DNA from: Promethearchaeia archaeon
GTDB taxonomy: Archaea > Asgardarchaeota > Lokiarchaeia > Sigyniarchaeales > SOKP01
Assembly (NCBI GenBank): GCA_029856145.1
Contig: JAHQWK010000001.1
Span: forward strand, 224,001 to 288,000
DNA length: 64,000 bases
Direction: 5' to 3'
A program made the translations under genes and the position numbers. Below, one piece after another: positions 10,150-20,403 of the stretch. Below the pieces are notes generated by a model. The model searched no databases. It had not been told where the DNA came from and saw only the letters and a program-made list of their open reading frames with translations. Each line of letters begins with the position of its first letter. The stretch's first letter is position 1.

Positions 10150-10371
10150 ATGAAACTAATCTCAGTAAACTTACCCGAATCATATTTAAGAGTGTTAGAA
10201 ATGCTAGTACTGCAAGGAAATTTTCCTAACAGATCAGAAGCGATTCGCGTGGCAATTCGCGACTTAATTAAGACTGAATTTTTGATAGAAGAATCAGTAA
10301 ATAGAAATATTGCCCCGAGTTTGTTAGATTCTGAAGTAGAAAATGAAATTCAAGAAAATTTACTAATTTAA
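10150..10371 (+). CDS. Ribbon-helix-helix transcription regulator (CopG/CdrS-like)
   Basis: MKLISVNLP beta strand and GNFPNRSEAIRVAIRDLI. Confidence 0.85.
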   Translation: MKLISVNLPESYLRVLEMLVLQGNFPNRSEAIRVAIRDLIKTEFLIEESVNRNIAPSLLDSEVENEIQENLLI

Positions 10372-10423
10372 TCTAATTATTTTTATTTTTTTATAATAGG
10401 GCGATAAAGAAAATAATTATTCT

Positions 10424-13400
10424 CTAATCTTTTTTCAATAAGTCTAAAACTTTTTTCCTTCTTTCTTCTCTCCTGGCAGTAATTCTCGCTCTAAGCTTTT
10501 CTGCTTCATCTTCAGAGGAAACTTTAACTCTTTCTTTACTTGGTTTTACACCAAGCCTTTCTCTAAGTTCAGTAATTTTTTCATTTATTTCTTTAACAAA
10601 TTTCTTCCCTATTTTTAAGCTGCTAAGCTGAAAATTAGCTTCATTTAATTCTGAAATAGCTCTTTTAATTTGATTTTCAGCTATAGCACCTTGAGCTTTG
10701 TCCAGTGCTTTATATGCAGCTTTAACTTTTTTATTTTGCAACTCATCATCAGACGCTTCTAATATTATTATTGGAATTTCAGCTACACTTGTTACTTTTT
10801 CGACTTGTTCATTGATTTTTGAAATTTCTTCCTCTTGACCTAGTTTTGTTAATCTTTGAATCTCCTCTATCATCATTAGAATACCCTCGTTATATCTGAA
10901 ATTCTCGATTAATTTACTAGCTTTATCTAATTTAACAGATATTTTTCTAAGAATTTCTTCTTTAACAAATCTACGCTTCTCTTCTTTTTTTCTCTTCGCT
11001 TCCTCTTTTTGTTCTCTCTTTGCTTCTTCTTTCAATAGTACCATTTGTTTCTTTTCTTCAAATTTCTTTATTTTAATATCTTCTAGAATCTCATCTTGTT
11101 TCTGTTTCCTTTTAAGTTTAAATAAAAGTTCATTATTTATACGTGAAACTTCTCGTTGCCAAGATATTTGTTGGAATAATTCTCGAGCAGCGATATATTT
11201 CTCATAAGCCTCCACATATTTACCACGATCTGTTAATGTTGTGCCTTCTTCTAAAAGTTCATATGCTTCTTCTGATATTTGCCTCTCTTGCTCCTTTCCT
11301 CTCTGGATTTTTAGGAATTCTTTTCTTTTCTGTTCTTGTTGCCGTCTTTTTATTATTTGAGCCTCAGCTAATTTTTCTTCTAATTTTTCCTCAATCAGAA
11401 ATTTTTCAATTTTCCTTTTTTCAATTGTTTTTTGTTCTAGCTCAAATGCCTTTTTCTTACTAGTAATCATTGCAACTGAATCTCGAACCATATTAATTCC
11501 TTCTTGCCATTTGATATTTGCAAATATCTTCTCACTTTCATTATAAAATTCAATAGCTTTATTATAATGATTTAGTCTTAATTCACGTTTAGCTTGATCC
11601 ATTAAACGAAATGCTTTGTCTTTTTGAGTTTCAAACTGCGCTACACGCTCTCTTTTTAGATCTAGAGATTCTCTTCGTTGCTGGATCAATTTTTCTTGTT
11701 CTATTCTTGCCTGTTCTAAATAATTTTGTTGTAATAACAATTCTTCTTCTCTGTTTCTAACCTTCTCAGCTTCCAAAGCACGTATTTTCTTATCTTTAGC
11801 TAGTTTGTCTTTATAAAAGTTAATAGTGTTTTTTAATTTCTCTGATTCTTCCTTCCAATTAATTTTTTCAAATTTCTTGCGTGCCTCTCTATAGATTTCA
11901 ATAACTTTTTCATAAGGTGCCTCATAATCAAAAACACCACCTTTTATTTTTAGTTCATATTCTTGCGCCATTCTCTCAGCAGCTTGAATCATATTAAAAA
12001 TTCTAGCAGCAATTTCATCTCCATCTTTCTCTTTTTGCTCAATTTCTAATAATCTCTTTTGTCTTTCAAGGAAATCCTTACCAGGTTGAATATCGGCTGC
12101 TTTTAATTCAATTTCTGGTCTTTCTAATTTCTTTTGTTCAATCTTCCTTAATTTTTCATCTTTCTCTCTTTTATCCTTGTAAAATTTAATAGTATTTATT
12201 AAACGGCTAGCTTCTTCCATCCATCCAATTTTTTGCAATATTTCTCGAGCTTTTTCGTAATTAGATATCGCGTTGTAATAAGGACTTTTATATACTAAAA
12301 TATCTTTCCTAATGCTTAATTCATAGCTTTTAACTGCTTTTTCTGATTCATCAATGAGATACATAGCTTTATCTAATAAAATATTTTCTTCCTTTTTTCC
12401 AGCTTCAAGTTCCTTAATCTTTTCTGGTTTAGCAGATATGACTTCCTTTTTACCTATCTTATGCATTTCTTCAAGCGCTTTTTCTCTTTGAACTTTTTGA
12501 GCTTCTACCTCTAGAAGTTTTTCGTGTTTATCCAATTTTTCCTGATAAATTTTAATTTGATTTGCGAAAACTTCTGCTTGTTCTTTCCATCCCCGAGCAT
12601 AAACTTTCTCTCGTATTTGTTTATAAATCTCAATAACATCGGTATATGGAGTATTTTCTAATATTTCTCCTTCTCTGTAAGCTTTTCTCTTTTCTATTTC
12701 ATAGTCTCGTACCATTTTTTCAGCGCTATTTACATTATCAGAAATATATTTTTCAAAATCTTCTTCTTCTTTTTTTCTTTCTATAACTTTTAATCTTTTT
12801 TTGTCTACTCCTATTTCTTTACCTATTTTATGCATATCTTCAAGCGCTTTTTCTCTTTGAGCCTTTTTAGCTTCTACTTCTCGTAATTTATTATCTTGTT
12901 CTAACTTCTGAGTATAATAAGATATTTGACTACTATATGCTCCTGCTTCTACTTCTCTTCCTTTGTCAAGCAACATTCGCTTTACTCTTTCATAAATACC
13001 AATAATTTTCAAAAATGGTGGTTTTTCTGCCAGTTTTTTTTCTTTTATGGCCTTTTTCATGGCTGATTCATATTCTCTAGCCATAGATTCTGCTCGCTTT
13101 ATCATTACATCAATAATACTATCAAAATCTTCCTCCTCTTTTTCTAATCCTTTTTGTTCCTCCAAAGATTTTAATTTTTCAGCATCTAAACCAACAACTG
13201 GTCCCTCTTTAACTTTAAATATTTCTTCAATCTCTTCCTGTTTTCTTACCTTCTCTGCTTCAATTTGGCGTAGTCGATTATCCTTTTCCAACTTTTGTTT
13301 ATAAGTATGTATCTGACTTGAAAAAATTGTGACATCTGTTTCCCAACCTCTTTCTAATGCTATTTGTCTGGCTTTTTCAAAAATATCAATAATCTTCGGA

Positions 13401-15001
13401 TATGGACATTTTAATTCAAATTTCCCTTGTCGCAATGCTACTTCATACTCTCTTGCTAAACGCTCAGCTCTTTTTGTCCTCTCCTCAATTTGATTTCTAA
13501 TATTTTGGATCTCAAGTTGCTTTTGACGCTGCTCTTCCATTAGTACTTGTTGTTTTTCGTCAACACCTACTTCTACATCTTCTTTCTTAACTTTCAGCAT
13601 TTTTTCAGCTTCTTCATGTCTTTTTTTCTTGTTAGCTTCAATTTGTCTTATCTTTTGATCTTTCTCAAATTTTTGGATGTAGACATTTATTGTATCATCA
13701 TAGATCGTAGCTTCATTATTCCAGCCCTTATCAATAAACAATTCCTTTATTCTTTTATAAATATCAATTACTTTGGGATACATGCATTTTTCTACTAATT
13801 TTCCGTCTTTAATAGCTTTTTGCATTGCTAATTCATATTCTCGCGCCATTCTAGCAGCTTCTGTTGCCATATTGTCAATTTGTGCTTTAAAAAATTCCTG
13901 TTCCATTTTCTGAAGTTCTATTCCGCTTACCCTTTCCATTTGTGCTATTTTTTCCTGTTCACTTATTTCTTTAACATGCTGATCAATTAATTTTTCTTTA
14001 TATAATTCGGTTTCAGTTTTTTGTTCAATATCTACTCGTTCTTTCTCAAGTCCTTTAAAATGTCTAATTTTTTCCTTCTCTAATATTTCTATAGTATCTC
14101 GAATTCTTTTAGCTTCATATGTCCAGTTCAATTCTTCAAATAGACTTACCCCTTCTGTATATAATTTTATAGCTTGATCATATTCATGCATTTTGGCTAA
14201 TTCTACCGCTTGGTCTAATATCTCATATGCTTTAGATGATACCTCTTCCTCTCGCTGTTTAGCATCAAGAAATTGCTTTAGCTTTTTCTCTTTTTGTTGC
14301 TCCTTCCTTGGTGGTGCTTCTAATTCTACAACCTCCATTGGTTCTTCTTTTTTAATACTTCGTAAATATTCCGCTTTTTTATTATAACATTCTTCAATTA
14401 ATAAATAAAGTCTTTTTATTTCATCAGATTTGTCATGTTCCTCAAGAATTTTTTCAGCTTCGTCATATTTATTAAGTGCTTCCTCAAACTTATTGATATT
14501 AGATAATTCATGAGCCTTTACTATCAGTTGGTTCGCTTTACTGATCAAATCGGCGTCAATTTTAGTTTCTTCGATTATATCATCTTCTTTAATCACTTCA
14601 ACCTCTTCAATTGCATCAAATTCATCGATCGCTTCAACCACTTTTTCTGGTTTTGCCTCAATTTCTCTAAATGCTTCTTCTTTTAGTATATACACTTCTG
14701 AAATTTTTTCATTTATAGCTTTAATTTCCTCTGCTCTATTAATTTGAGTATACAATCCAATTGCTTGACGTAAAATTTCAACACTATCATCATAATATTG
14801 TGATTCTATCAGATGAATAGCATGCTCCACTAATTCGTAAGCTTCAGTGGCAATTTCTTCTTCCATATCCATTAAATCAGAAAAAAAAGCATCCTTAGTT
14901 AAATCTAACTCATCATCATCGAATTCCTGATCAAAATCTAACTCATCATCATCGAATTCCTGATCAAAGTCTTCCTCTCTTTTCTCTTCCATAAACTTCA
15001 T
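10424..15001 (-). CDS. 1525-aa helical-bundle (TPR/MIT-like) repeat and coiled-coil protein
   Basis: About 13 repeats such as AYEILDQAVELAKMHEYDQAIKLYTEG and AERMAREYE..PY..I.IY..GW..EA separated by E/K-rich coils. Confidence 0.8.
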   Translation of the reverse strand: MKFMEEKREEDFDQEFDDDELDFDQEFDDDELDLTKDAFFSDLMDMEEEIATEAYELVEHAIHLIESQYYDDSVEILRQAIGLYTQINRAEEIKAINEKISEVYILKEEAFREIEAKPEKVVEAIDEFDAIEEVEVIKEDDIIEETKIDADLISKANQLIVKAHELSNINKFEEALNKYDEAEKILEEHDKSDEIKRLYLLIEECYNKKAEYLRSIKKEEPMEVVELEAPPRKEQQKEKKLKQFLDAKQREEEVSSKAYEILDQAVELAKMHEYDQAIKLYTEGVSLFEELNWTYEAKRIRDTIEILEKEKIRHFKGLEKERVDIEQKTETELYKEKLIDQHVKEISEQEKIAQMERVSGIELQKMEQEFFKAQIDNMATEAARMAREYELAMQKAIKDGKLVEKCMYPKVIDIYKRIKELFIDKGWNNEATIYDDTINVYIQKFEKDQKIRQIEANKKKRHEEAEKMLKVKKEDVEVGVDEKQQVLMEEQRQKQLEIQNIRNQIEERTKRAERLAREYEVALRQGKFELKCPYPKIIDIFEKARQIALERGWETDVTIFSSQIHTYKQKLEKDNRLRQIEAEKVRKQEEIEEIFKVKEGPVVGLDAEKLKSLEEQKGLEKEEEDFDSIIDVMIKRAESMAREYESAMKKAIKEKKLAEKPPFLKIIGIYERVKRMLLDKGREVEAGAYSSQISYYTQKLEQDNKLREVEAKKAQREKALEDMHKIGKEIGVDKKRLKVIERKKEEEDFEKYISDNVNSAEKMVRDYEIEKRKAYREGEILENTPYTDVIEIYKQIREKVYARGWKEQAEVFANQIKIYQEKLDKHEKLLEVEAQKVQREKALEEMHKIGKKEVISAKPEKIKELEAGKKEENILLDKAMYLIDESEKAVKSYELSIRKDILVYKSPYYNAISNYEKAREILQKIGWMEEASRLINTIKFYKDKREKDEKLRKIEQKKLERPEIELKAADIQPGKDFLERQKRLLEIEQKEKDGDEIAARIFNMIQAAERMAQEYELKIKGGVFDYEAPYEKVIEIYREARKKFEKINWKEESEKLKNTINFYKDKLAKDKKIRALEAEKVRNREEELLLQQNYLEQARIEQEKLIQQRRESLDLKRERVAQFETQKDKAFRLMDQAKRELRLNHYNKAIEFYNESEKIFANIKWQEGINMVRDSVAMITSKKKAFELEQKTIEKRKIEKFLIEEKLEEKLAEAQIIKRRQQEQKRKEFLKIQRGKEQERQISEEAYELLEEGTTLTDRGKYVEAYEKYIAARELFQQISWQREVSRINNELLFKLKRKQKQDEILEDIKIKKFEEKKQMVLLKEEAKREQKEEAKRKKEEKRRFVKEEILRKISVKLDKASKLIENFRYNEGILMMIEEIQRLTKLGQEEEISKINEQVEKVTSVAEIPIIILEASDDELQNKKVKAAYKALDKAQGAIAENQIKRAISELNEANFQLSSLKIGKKFVKEINEKITELRERLGVKPSKERVKVSSEDEAEKLRARITARREERRKKVLDLLKKD
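14901..14966. repeat. Exact 33-bp tandem duplication in the acidic (DFDQEFDDDEL)x2 N-terminus
   Basis: AAATCTAACTCATCATCATCGAATTCCTGATCA at 14901-14933 and 14934-14966. Confidence 0.95.
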
Positions 15002-15116
15002 CTACCTTAAAGGAGAATTAAGAATGACCCTAATAATTAAAAATCCCTATACAAGTTTAAAATAATAATTTAGTTTTAATTAAAAAATCATTAAACGAAA
15101 ATAAATATTTAATCAA

Positions 15117-15512
15117 TTATATATCAAATTTTCCTAGATTTCTATTAAGATAATCGTCGCAAATTTTACCCCCTTCATTTGTCAAACTCCACCCATTAGT
15201 GTCTCTTTTTACAAGATTCAATTTTTCAACACTGGTTAAAATCGAATGTACTTCATCCTCAGTTTTACGAATATTAAAATCTACTCTCAAACTAAATACA
15301 ATTTCATCAATCGGTACAGATCCCCCAAGTTCATCTTCCATTACACCTAAAGCGGCAATAATGTGATTTTGTTCTGCCATCCCCGCGTCCAAAGAATGTG
15401 AAACTTCATCAAGTAGCCATGGATTCTTATCTAACATCTTTTTGATTGCCTTTTCATCGCCTTTCTGAAAAAGTATATCGAATTCTTCTCTGATCTTCTT
15501 CTTCTTAGCCAT
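15117..15512 (-). CDS. Winged-helix domain protein
   Basis: C-terminal helix-turn-helix plus wing: VPIDEIVFSL..EDEVHSILTSVEKLNLVKRDTNGWSLTNEG. Confidence 0.65.
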   Translation of the reverse strand: MAKKKKIREEFDILFQKGDEKAIKKMLDKNPWLLDEVSHSLDAGMAEQNHIIAALGVMEDELGGSVPIDEIVFSLRVDFNIRKTEDEVHSILTSVEKLNLVKRDTNGWSLTNEGGKICDDYLNRNLGKFDI

Positions 15513-15621
15513 AAAAATTGCCTATTTTTCAGTTTAATAAGAAAAATTCTAGATATTATATTAATATCTATAATATAAATTTAGAAAATAAAATCTTTTA
15601 TGATGATGTTAAAAATAAGAT

Positions 15622-16341
15622 TTATATTAATTTAGTTAAAAATTCTTCTACTTCTTGTTCATTACACATATGAAACTTTTTATCTTCGCCTTTAATATAA
15701 GCCATTCTAATATTGTCTTTTGTTGCTTCCTCATCAATTGATTCCTTTAATGTATTTAAAGTTAGATTAATCAATTCATCAAAAGTCATATTTTCTTTAT
15801 AATTATTAATAAGGTGTTCCCTAGCTGGTGCCTCTCCTGTCCCAATAGCATATGCTTTGAATGAACGATAAATTCCACTTGGAGATGTTGTGAAAATCTG
15901 TGTTCCGCTCGCATCGATTCCGATGAAAAAAAGCGCACATCCCCATGGACGTACCCCACCAAATTGACAATATTGTTGCTTTAAATCAGCAAGTGCTTTA
16001 GCTAACATATTTAGGCGAACAGGTTCATCATATGTTAATCTAAATGATTGAGCTTGAACTCTTGCATAATTTATAAGTGCTCGAGCATCTGCATGTAATC
16101 CTGAGATCGCCACACCAATATGTTCATCTACTTGAAATAGTTTATCTATTGAATTAGCATCCATCAAAACCGAAGCAATCTTGATCTGTGCTGCTAAACA
16201 TACATCTTCTTTTGTTTTAACAGCTACAGCGAGTGTGCCTCTTCTAACTGCTTCTAATGCATATTCTACCTGGAATAAGCGCCCCTCTGGGCTGAAGACA
16301 GTTAACGCACGATCGTAAGCCCTACCTCCTGCTCCAAACAT
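15622..16341 (-). CDS. psmA: Proteasome subunit alpha
   Basis: YDRALTVFSPEGRLFQVEYALEAVRRG signature; SGLHADAR; GGVRPWG. Confidence 0.96.
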   Translation of the reverse strand: MFGAGGRAYDRALTVFSPEGRLFQVEYALEAVRRGTLAVAVKTKEDVCLAAQIKIASVLMDANSIDKLFQVDEHIGVAISGLHADARALINYARVQAQSFRLTYDEPVRLNMLAKALADLKQQYCQFGGVRPWGCALFFIGIDASGTQIFTTSPSGIYRSFKAYAIGTGEAPAREHLINNYKENMTFDELINLTLNTLKESIDEEATKDNIRMAYIKGEDKKFHMCNEQEVEEFLTKLI

Positions 16342-16423
16342 TTAATTTACCTACTTATATTTGATTTTATACTTTTAAAATATACAACTAAATTTTAATT
16401 TATGGTTTATAACAAATAAAAAG

Positions 16424-16972
16424 CTATATCTTTTTAGTCTTCTCTAAAATAGCAAGGGTTAAATCTTTAAAGACAGGCTCGATTTCAATATTATTTTTAG
16501 CACTTGTTTCAATGTAGGTTATTGCATTTAGTTCTTCTTTTAGTGCTTCACCATCTCCCGTACCAACTTCCCTTTGTCCCTGTTCTGCTAAATCTATTTT
16601 ATTTCCTACTAAAATGGATGGCTTACTATCACCAATTACTTTTTCTACTTCACTTTTCCAATTTAAGATATTTTGAAACGAACTCCTTCGTGTAAGATCA
16701 AACGTGTATATGATCGCGCTGCTTCCCCTGTAAAAGGGTGGACGTACAAAGCTGAAATGTTTCTGTCCTGCAAGATCCCAGAGCTGGAGCTTAATAAGGT
16801 AGTTTGGATACTCATGTAGGTCCACCTGCTTAGTAGAAAAGTTAGATCCAATTGTCATGATATAATTTTCTTTAAACGAATTCTCACAATAGCGGAGGAC
16901 CATAGATGTTTTCCCTACACCGCCATCGCCTACAACACATATCTTATAAATGAAGCTTTTTGTTGCAGTCAT
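16424..16972 (-). CDS. Rab-like small GTPase (Ras superfamily)
   Basis: G1 GDGGVGKTS, G2 TIG, G3 WDLAGQ, G4 NKID, G5 ETSAK; no C-terminal prenylation cysteines. Confidence 0.93.
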   Translation of the reverse strand: MTATKSFIYKICVVGDGGVGKTSMVLRYCENSFKENYIMTIGSNFSTKQVDLHEYPNYLIKLQLWDLAGQKHFSFVRPPFYRGSSAIIYTFDLTRRSSFQNILNWKSEVEKVIGDSKPSILVGNKIDLAEQGQREVGTGDGEALKEELNAITYIETSAKNNIEIEPVFKDLTLAILEKTKKI

Positions 16973-17234
16973 TTGTTATAGCACCATATTATATAAAAAG
17001 AATTTCTGAATTAAATTTTACTTGACTTAAAACTTAATAACTTACGTGAAAATTGATCTTTCTTAATTTCTTATATTTTCTTTATAATTATTATATTATA
17101 TTCAATAAATAAAAATAATCGTTATTAATTTTTTTTTGTGATTTAGAATTTTAGGATAATACACTTATGATTGATTTAGATCAGAAGATAAAAAATCATT
17201 GTTGAATATTCTGATTTTTTTCAGAAATATGAAC

Positions 17235-18056
17235 TTACTTTCCTATAAAAGTTGGATCCCTTTTTTCCTTTAAAGCTTTTAAAGATTCTCCAAAATCTTT
17301 ACTTCGAATTGCCTTGGTCCACATTTTATTTTCTAAATCTAGTTGTTTTTCTATTATATCCCTAAAATATATATGCATGGTTTTCTTCATTAATTTAATT
17401 GAAAGTGATGGTCCCTTAGGCGGAATAAGTCTTAAGGCTTGTTTTCTCGCATATGGCATTAATTTTTCTTTAGGTAATACTCTATTAACGAGACCTAATC
17501 TTTCCGCGTCTTGTGCAGTCATCCGATCGCCAAGATAAAACAGTTCCTTGGCTTTATTAAAACCTATCATTAAAGGTAAAAGAACTGTAGTAGCAAAATC
17601 CGGTATAACTGCTCTTTTTATAAAAAATAATGCCCACCATGCGTCCTCAGCCATATAGACTAAATCTGAACAAATCACAGGAAGTGTAAATCCACCCCCC
17701 ACAGCAAAACCATTAATCACAGATATTACTGGTTTTGAAAAATCCCAAAACTTAAGGCATAACTTCTTTGATGCCATATCTCTTAAATTGACTTCTGTTC
17801 TATACTTTTCAGGTATATCTTTCAACATTTCATTTGAAAAATAACCTCCTGAAGAAAAAGCTCCTGCCTCCTCACACCCAGTCAATATCATAACTTTAAC
17901 TTGTTTATCCTTATCGGCATGCTCAACTGCATACCCGAGCTCTAAAAGACCTAATGGTGAAAGAGCATTTTTTTTTTCAGGCCAATTTAGGGTAACCGTT
18001 AAAATTCCGTTCTCTTCTTTTTCATACTTAATTTGTTTAAATTCTTCTACAAGCAT
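17235..18056 (-). CDS. Enoyl-CoA hydratase/isomerase family
   Basis: TLNWPEKKNALS, FSSGG, KPVISVINGFAVGGG, AERLGLVN, EKRDPTFIGK; ATG 18056 preferred. Confidence 0.9.
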   Translation of the reverse strand: MLVEEFKQIKYEKEENGILTVTLNWPEKKNALSPLGLLELGYAVEHADKDKQVKVMILTGCEEAGAFSSGGYFSNEMLKDIPEKYRTEVNLRDMASKKLCLKFWDFSKPVISVINGFAVGGGFTLPVICSDLVYMAEDAWWALFFIKRAVIPDFATTVLLPLMIGFNKAKELFYLGDRMTAQDAERLGLVNRVLPKEKLMPYARKQALRLIPPKGPSLSIKLMKKTMHIYFRDIIEKQLDLENKMWTKAIRSKDFGESLKALKEKRDPTFIGK

Positions 18057-18147
18057 TAATACAATAAAATCATAAGACAATAAAATATTTTATAAAGTAA
18101 TTTAATCATAATATTATTTTAACTTATAAAATCAGAAATTTTAATAA

Positions 18148-18449
18148 ATGAAGTCATTTGAAGAAAAAATCGAAAAATTAGCGGAATTAATAATCAATTC
18201 AAAAAACTTGAAGCCGCAGATGCTATGATTACTGAATGTAATTTGCTTTTAGTTCTTGGAAGTAGCTTGGTTGTATACCCCGTGGCATTTTATCCACAAA
18301 AAATCCTCTCGCTTGGAGCAAAATTAGCAATTATAAATATTCAAGAAACTGATATGGATTCAGTGGCTCAAGTCGTAATTCATGAAAAAATAGGTGATGT
18401 ACTTCCAAAGGTAGTCTCTATTATTAAAAACCTTTTGACTAAAAGCTAA
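18148..18449 (+). pseudogene. cobB: Sirtuin (Sir2/CobB) deacylase remnant with large internal deletion
   Basis: N-terminus MKSFEEKIEKLAELIINSKNL joined out of frame at about 18207-18210 to the C-terminus LEAADAMITECNLLLVLGSSLVVYPVA..IINIQETDMD; GAGIS, QNID and HG motifs absent. Confidence 0.85.
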
Positions 18450-18494
18450 AAAAATAAGAAAAAAATAATTTAGCAAAATAAAGAGTTAACTAGA

Positions 18495-20210
18495 TTAACC
18501 AGATCTTAAAACCTTTTTATCAACTTTTCCAACTGCGGTGAGCGGGAGCTCTTCTGAAAACTCTATCAATTTGGGAACTTCATATGGCGATAAATTCTCT
18601 TTTGAAAACTTTAATATATCTTTTTCAAGAACTTCCTTATTTCCATCAAATTCAAAATCGGGATTAATTTGTATAAATGCTTTGACGATTTCAGAACCAG
18701 GTCTATCTGGGTTTGGAATACCAATTAATGCAACTGACCCAATAGCAGGATGTTTAACTAGACTATCTTCAACCTTGGCAGAAAATACTTTAAATCCTCC
18801 AACGATAATCATGTCTTTGGTGCGGTCAACAATCTGAATATAACCATCCTCATCCATTATTCCGATGTCACCACTATGCATATAACCATCTTTATCTATA
18901 GCTTTAGCTGTTTCTTCTGGTTTATTATAATATCCTTGCATTACCAATACACCTTTTACACAAATCTCTCCAGGCTCTCCCAATGGAACCAGCTCATTAG
19001 TTTCAGGGTCAACGATCTTTAGATCGACATTTAAAATTGGTACTCCTACCTTACCTAATTTTTTCTTACCTATAGAGGGATTCATTGTTGCTACGGGTGA
19101 TAATTCTGTCATTCCATAAAGCTCTAATAATTTGCCTTCTCCTACTATACTTTCTAAAACTTCTTGAGATTCTTTTGGAAAGGGAGACGCTGCGGAAATG
19201 CATATTTTCAAATTTGTGTGATCTAATCTTTTAAATTTTCGAAAATTAATTAAAATTTGATACAAAGAAGGTACATTAACTAGGACTGTTGGTTTATATT
19301 TTTTCATTTCATTACAAATTTGTAATGAATCACGAGGATTAGCAATTAAAACTTGACTCCAACCCAAGGCAATAGCACCTTGACATACAGTTAAACCAGC
19401 AATATGAAACATAGGAAATCCTGATAATAAAACTCCTTTTCCCTCTTCCCATTGAAGCCATTTAATGATCCCTTTCATATTTGAAACATAATTTCTATGA
19501 CTCAACATTGCACCTTTGGGCGGGCCTGTGGTTCCACCAGTATATTGAATCCAGCCAATATCATCCGGAGTTATATCAACTTTTGGTAAATCAGTAGAAA
19601 ATTTTGTCAGTACATCGTCTTGAAAATTGTAAACAATCTTTCCTTCTAATGGAGTGACCTCCCCAGAGGGGATTTCTCTAACTGCTTTAATTTTTGCTTG
19701 ATCTTCTTTAGAAAATGAACCGATTACACTTGTAGCTACCACTACTTTTAGTTGTGGTAATTGGTCAGCGACATTTTTCAAACGATGTTCAAAAATTGCA
19801 TCAAGCGTTACTAAAGCAACATTTTTACCTCCTTTTCCAAGATCATCTAATTGATAATGCATTTGAACATCGGAGAGTAGAGGGCTAACACCTGAAACAA
19901 CACATCCGGCTTTAAGTGTACCTATAACTGAATATACATATTCTGGAATGTTTGCTAAATTAATTCCTACTACATCCCCCTTTTTGAACCCATTTTCAAT
20001 CAACATATTTGCAAATTGATTAGAATATCTATCTAACTCACCATAGCTGATTTCTAATCCCTGAAAAGCAAGTGCTAAATTATCGGGATACTTATCAAAC
20101 ATTTTTTGTACCAGTTCAGCAAATGTAGTCTCAAATTCTTTCGGGTCAAGATCTTCCAATCCAGGATCCCAGCTTTTTTTCCAAAATCTGCTTTCATACG
20201 GATTTGACAT
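18495..20210 (-). CDS. fadD: Long-chain acyl-CoA synthetase (AMP-binding enzyme)
   Basis: QYTGGTTGPPKG, YGMTE, SGDIG, DRTKDMI, LPLTAVGK; ATG 20210 preferred by comparison with the neighbouring paralog. Confidence 0.9.
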   Translation of the reverse strand: MSNPYESRFWKKSWDPGLEDLDPKEFETTFAELVQKMFDKYPDNLALAFQGLEISYGELDRYSNQFANMLIENGFKKGDVVGINLANIPEYVYSVIGTLKAGCVVSGVSPLLSDVQMHYQLDDLGKGGKNVALVTLDAIFEHRLKNVADQLPQLKVVVATSVIGSFSKEDQAKIKAVREIPSGEVTPLEGKIVYNFQDDVLTKFSTDLPKVDITPDDIGWIQYTGGTTGPPKGAMLSHRNYVSNMKGIIKWLQWEEGKGVLLSGFPMFHIAGLTVCQGAIALGWSQVLIANPRDSLQICNEMKKYKPTVLVNVPSLYQILINFRKFKRLDHTNLKICISAASPFPKESQEVLESIVGEGKLLELYGMTELSPVATMNPSIGKKKLGKVGVPILNVDLKIVDPETNELVPLGEPGEICVKGVLVMQGYYNKPEETAKAIDKDGYMHSGDIGIMDEDGYIQIVDRTKDMIIVGGFKVFSAKVEDSLVKHPAIGSVALIGIPNPDRPGSEIVKAFIQINPDFEFDGNKEVLEKDILKFSKENLSPYEVPKLIEFSEELPLTAVGKVDKKVLRSG

Positions 20211-20403
20211 GTTAAAATTACACATTTTTTATTTATTAAATCCAATTCAAATTCGAATTGTGATATTAAATAAGCTATATTTTATTAAAAAGGTTTATCA
20301 AAATTTTTTATTCTTTCAATCCCAATAAGAATTTTCTATAAAAATGTTTTATTTCTATAACTATTTGAATCTATTAAAAAGAATAATAATAAAAAAAAAG
20401 GGA

